A stretch of DNA of 64,000 nt, taken from Armatimonadota bacterium (lineage in GTDB: Bacteria > Armatimonadota > HRBIN16). Position 1 is the stretch's first letter, and every line of letters begins with the position of its first letter. The stretch spans positions 4,672,001 to 4,736,000 of the forward strand of contig OY781964.1 of the NCBI GenBank assembly GCA_963677485.1, written 5' to 3'. The translations under genes were made by a program, and so were the position numbers. Shown here one piece after another: positions 60,157-64,000 of this stretch. The notes below the pieces were generated by a model. That model saw only the letters and a list, made by a program, of their open reading frames with translations. It was not told where the DNA came from and ran no database searches.

Positions 60157-62631
60157 ATGAAAAAAAAGCTCTTAGTCGTCCTCGCCGTTATCGTGATCGT
60201 GGTTATCATTCTGCTCGTACTGCCTAAAGGACTGCTTAGTCCAAAATCCAAAGAGCCATTCACTTTTGACTTCAAGACCGATAAATCATCTATTGCAGCA
60301 CAGACAGAGAACGACGAAATGGCCACCTTGTTGGCCTGTTCTCCATTCTATGCCGGTGCAAAGCAGTATTCAGGCGTGAACAGTTCCGAATTCGATCAGG
60401 CACGAGAGCGTAAAGTGCAGGAGATCATCCGCGAATCTGACGATCTGGCTGCGAATGCTTTGAGGATGAAGTCCGATATGGAGAAAATGCGAACATCGGT
60501 GTCGAACTACCTCACTGTATGTCTGAAGAATGATCCCAAGGCCGAAAAATACGCTCGGGAATCCGGGAAGCGAATTCTCACCCTGATGACAAAGGAGGCC
60601 GTCGCTGAGGCGCAGTACAAGAGTTATACAGCGAACTCCCAGAATGCGTTTGCTCAGAGCTTCGTTCAATACCTTAAGGCCAGCAACGCGGTGCAGCTTG
60701 GGACCCTCTACATGCAAGACATGAATAACATGCTTGTTATCGCAGCCCTGGGTGTAGAAGGTGCAGCCGTATCGGCAAACCCAACCATAAAGGATGCCGG
60801 TAAGAAGCTTGATCAAGAAATGGGTGAATACGACGGCATGTTGAACCAGTCAGGCGATCTGATGAAAGGCATCTACTCCATCCAGTACTGCTTCAAGCAA
60901 CTCAAGACAGGTGATTACTATTTCGCCAAGAGTGCCGTGGCATTCATCCGCCAGTCGCTACCCAAATTGAAGGAATCTGCCGGCAACATGAAGCCCAACA
61001 AATACATGGATGATAAGGCTGTCGCCTTCACAAAAGACTATTTGAATAAGTTCGATCGTCTCAGTATTGAGATGCAGAAATACCTCGATTCGGTGCCAAA
61101 AGACTCCCTCGTCCAAGTCTCGTCCTACCAACCCGGCAGCGGTATCGCGGTGGCACAGACCACCGAAACTGGAGAAAGCCCTTACCTACTCGCTGCCAAA
61201 GGGAATGCAGCACTTAGCAGTCGTGTAGCTGACGGCATTTCTAGCATCTTCAGCAAGGGTGCGGCTGTAGCCAAAGCTGGTTGGAGTGGCATCAAGACGA
61301 CCGTACATGGCATTCAGAGCACGGTAGGATTAGGCATTGATATAGCCGGTACCGGCGTTGCCAACATAACGCGGATACCTGTGGGCGTATATTATGGCAA
61401 TACGCTTGGGGAATGCTGGGAAGACATGGAGGCAAACTCCAAGCAAATCATCACTAACTGGAAAAACAACCAAAGTGGATCGTCGACCTTGCGCACCGCC
61501 AAGAGCTACTTCGACTCTGTTGATGATGGCGGTGAATACGTGGTGAGTACTGGTGTTGAAAAGACCATTGGGAAAGGCTGGATTAGCTGGGGTACCGGTA
61601 AGGTCGGTAAAGCAGTCGTAGGAATCTTCACCGGGCTTGGGAAGGGTATCGCTCTGGTGGGGAACCGCGACGCCAATACCTCCGACTATGTTATCGGAAC
61701 CATTGAGATAGGTGGAGCGATGCTCGGTGGAAGCAAGATGATCATTCGAGGTACCCAACTGCCAGGTATGGTGAAGGGGCTGGCTCAATCAAGCTGGATA
61801 GGTGCTCAGGGGGCTTGGAATACTCTGGGCAAGATGCTGACGCAACTTGACAAAAACGAGATGACGGCATTACTCAGGGAGGCAGCTGCGCGAGGAATGA
61901 GCTCGCCAGGCTTGACAGCCCGCATAGCTATTGCGGATGCAATGATGGCGGCGGCTACCAGCGCGAATACTGCCCTTAAGGCTGAGTTTCGGAACATCAT
62001 ACAGGCCGGTGTGAGTGCCGGGTGGACCAACTTCAATGCAACACTACGTTCATCACTTAACGAATTCGTCAGGAAACAGTTCACTGCGAACATGAAAGGC
62101 GTGCTATCAATCATCGGTGATACTCCAGGTGAGTTCGTAGATAACGTGGTCGCACAATGGGCTGATGATGCGCTCAAATCGATGGTAGATGAAGTGATGG
62201 CAGAACCACCTCAGCCTACAGAGTTGAAGGGGGTGTGGACAGGCAAAACACTCATCACCGCCGTGACCGTTCCAGAGCCCTCAGAGAAAGCCAAGAAACA
62301 AGGCTGCAACTTCGATGAGATTAAGAAGCTGAAGGGCCAGAACTGTGCGACCTCCGTGAATATGAGCGGAGGACCAAGCGGATCGGGGCGCGCTTCGGTC
62401 AATATCGCATTCAAAGCCGGTAAAGGTCAGGCATTCACCGGAAATTACAACTACAGCAACGGAGATGTGTCGATCTCCAACTCTGCTAAAGGTGTCACCA
62501 TCACCATGAAGGGTAAAGCTATCCGCCAGACACAAGGTTATTCAATGAACGGCGATATGCACTTAGTCTGGGGTGGTGAAGGTATGATCATCTCGATCTC
62601 AGGTGATTTCGAACTAACAAAGGCGCATTAA
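60157..62631 (+). CDS. Large hypothetical membrane-anchored protein
   Basis: 824 aa from ATG after AAGGAG; N-terminal TM, helical region, Gly-rich amphipathic middle, beta-rich C-terminus. Confidence 0.8.
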   Translation: MKKKLLVVLAVIVIVVIILLVLPKGLLSPKSKEPFTFDFKTDKSSIAAQTENDEMATLLACSPFYAGAKQYSGVNSSEFDQARERKVQEIIRESDDLAANALRMKSDMEKMRTSVSNYLTVCLKNDPKAEKYARESGKRILTLMTKEAVAEAQYKSYTANSQNAFAQSFVQYLKASNAVQLGTLYMQDMNNMLVIAALGVEGAAVSANPTIKDAGKKLDQEMGEYDGMLNQSGDLMKGIYSIQYCFKQLKTGDYYFAKSAVAFIRQSLPKLKESAGNMKPNKYMDDKAVAFTKDYLNKFDRLSIEMQKYLDSVPKDSLVQVSSYQPGSGIAVAQTTETGESPYLLAAKGNAALSSRVADGISSIFSKGAAVAKAGWSGIKTTVHGIQSTVGLGIDIAGTGVANITRIPVGVYYGNTLGECWEDMEANSKQIITNWKNNQSGSSTLRTAKSYFDSVDDGGEYVVSTGVEKTIGKGWISWGTGKVGKAVVGIFTGLGKGIALVGNRDANTSDYVIGTIEIGGAMLGGSKMIIRGTQLPGMVKGLAQSSWIGAQGAWNTLGKMLTQLDKNEMTALLREAAARGMSSPGLTARIAIADAMMAAATSANTALKAEFRNIIQAGVSAGWTNFNATLRSSLNEFVRKQFTANMKGVLSIIGDTPGEFVDNVVAQWADDALKSMVDEVMAEPPQPTELKGVWTGKTLITAVTVPEPSEKAKKQGCNFDEIKKLKGQNCATSVNMSGGPSGSGRASVNIAFKAGKGQAFTGNYNYSNGDVSISNSAKGVTITMKGKAIRQTQGYSMNGDMHLVWGGEGMIISISGDFELTKAH

Positions 62632-62638
62632 GACTTAA

Positions 62639-63493
62639 ATGCGTCCCGAGTTATTCAATATCACGGTCAACGGCCGCGAGCTGTATGTGATGTCTTACAG
62701 CTTCTTCCTGACACTCGCGGCCATCTCATTCATCCTTGTGGGGGTTGTTGTTGCACAAAAGCGTGGGTTACCTGCTGCTCGGGCAGGCCTATGCCTGTTT
62801 GTGGGCGTGGTCGCTTTGTCAATCGGCGCACGGTTGATGCACTTGCTGACTTCGCCATCATCATTCGGACAAGGGTTGACCGATTTACTGAGTTTGAACC
62901 GAACCAATCTGTCCGGATATGCAGGATTATTACTGGCTGTGCCCGTCATGGTCTTCACAGCAAGGCTTCTGCAACTACTAGTCTGGAGACTGGCGGACGC
63001 CACCGCTCCGGCTCTGGCTGTATCGGCTTGTTTGGCAAAGCTGGGCTGCTTCCTGAACGGCTGCTGTTACGGTAGTCCCACTCGCCTACCCTGGGGTATC
63101 AGGCTTGCTTCGAGCGAGAAGAGCTTCACTCAGGTGATCACCGGGGAGATTGGCCTTTTCGACGATACGCTGCCAGTGCATCCCACTCAGATATATGAGG
63201 CGCTGGCTGCGTTAAGTGGGGGAGTGCTGGTAATGATTCTCATGAGGCTCAAGCTGCCTGATGGTGTGGCATTCCTGGCGTTTGTTGTCTGGTTCACGTC
63301 ATGCAGATGGTTCATTTATCCGCTTCTGCAATCGACCAGCCTACAATCCAAGCCTGAGTGGCTTTATCCCACTCTGTATGGCATGGTGATTCTGGTCAGT
63401 CTTGTTGCACTGGTTTTAAAAATCCGAAACTACTCAGCCATTAGCGACGGGTTTCATCAACCTGCTGAAGCAGGCCTCGTCACCCGTCGCTAA
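62639..63493 (+). CDS. Lgt (prolipoprotein diacylglyceryl transferase)-family paralog, divergent
   Basis: MRPELF, GARL, LAD..AP, GCFLNGCCYG.PT.LPWG, VHPTQIYE. Confidence 0.85.
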   Translation: MRPELFNITVNGRELYVMSYSFFLTLAAISFILVGVVVAQKRGLPAARAGLCLFVGVVALSIGARLMHLLTSPSSFGQGLTDLLSLNRTNLSGYAGLLLAVPVMVFTARLLQLLVWRLADATAPALAVSACLAKLGCFLNGCCYGSPTRLPWGIRLASSEKSFTQVITGEIGLFDDTLPVHPTQIYEALAALSGGVLVMILMRLKLPDGVAFLAFVVWFTSCRWFIYPLLQSTSLQSKPEWLYPTLYGMVILVSLVALVLKIRNYSAISDGFHQPAEAGLVTRR

Positions 63494-63797
63494 TCAGTTG
63501 GCAGTCCGCTGAAGCGGACGCATCCCGGACGCCACCTGCGCCCGCTTGCGGGCCGCGAATGATCAGCCAAGCGTTGAGGGAACCCCTTTATGGACGTCAG
63601 TCCGTGGGGTGATTAATCCCGTGGCAACTGTGACAGGATATCTCCCAATCATCCAGGCTGCCTTACGGCTCAAGAAGAATGCCGTTGTTGAAGCCGTCTA
63701 TCTGTACACGGTAGATCCGAACGTCGGTGACGCTCTTTGGCTTCACGGTCAGCCATTGGGGTGTGTCGGTACGCAGTTGTTGCAGCATCGAAAGAAC

Positions 63798-64000
63798 CTA
63801 CGTCGGGTCAGCAGAGCCGACGTCTGGCACGCTGCGTGTGGGCGGTTCACCTTCAGCGGCGGTCGCGTAGCGTCGGCTGAAGAGCAGCGACACTTTTGCG
63901 CCGGCCGGAGGGGGTACAAGCACCTGCGCATCACCAGCCTCGATTCCCATAAACATGACGTTCGCCTTATCTGTCTTCCCTGTCACTAATGCCCGTGTTT
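63798..64000 (-). CDS. Possible 3' end of a hypothetical gene entering from outside the window
   Basis: Frame open from the window edge to TAG at 63798-63800; no recognisable motif. Confidence 0.3.
   Translation of the reverse strand, partial: TRALVTGKTDKANVMFMGIEAGDAQVLVPPPAGAKVSLLFSRRYATAAEGEPPTRSVPDVGSADPT

Noticed and set aside
63600-63662. CHSCH heme-like motif on the minus strand
   Set aside because: It lies in a ~21-codon stretch between stops with no start; likely chance.

Overview
A 64-kb bacterial chromosome segment that is mostly housekeeping. It holds the mfd 3' end, a cyclophilin/HldE-type operon, bioY, three tandem pilT paralogs, ahcY, tRNA-Ala(GGC), glgP, suhB, mdh/ldh and trmFO-xerC-hslVU. 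It also holds a Leu T-box-led ilvBNC-leuACDB-glnB-cimA-ispH-DUF512-pfkA run. Accessory genes include a metal-type RND efflux cluster, GH38/GH106/DUF4838 carbohydrate genes and several hypothetical membrane proteins. Terrabacteria-type traits (T-box, trmFO-xerC-hslVU) together with diderm traits (TolC, HldE domain) suggest a diderm such as Armatimonadota; this is inference only. The standout is a ~1.66-kb single-ORF insertion (20806-22465) that splits a TolB-like gene. It is bounded by two CTAA copies and has no terminal inverted repeats. Removing it at CTAA restores one continuous reading frame. Its 506-aa protein has no DDE or HUH motif that I can see, but carries Rep_trans-like motifs (YDK, RIE) and a C-terminal winged helix. 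This makes it a candidate rolling-circle insertion sequence driven by a Rep_trans/MOBT-type nickase. Other leads are a BshC-like orphan ligase, an RND pump with a rearranged proton-relay site, a nested-inverted-repeat element between glgP and suhB, and a degenerate Lgt paralog coupled to a large unknown membrane protein.
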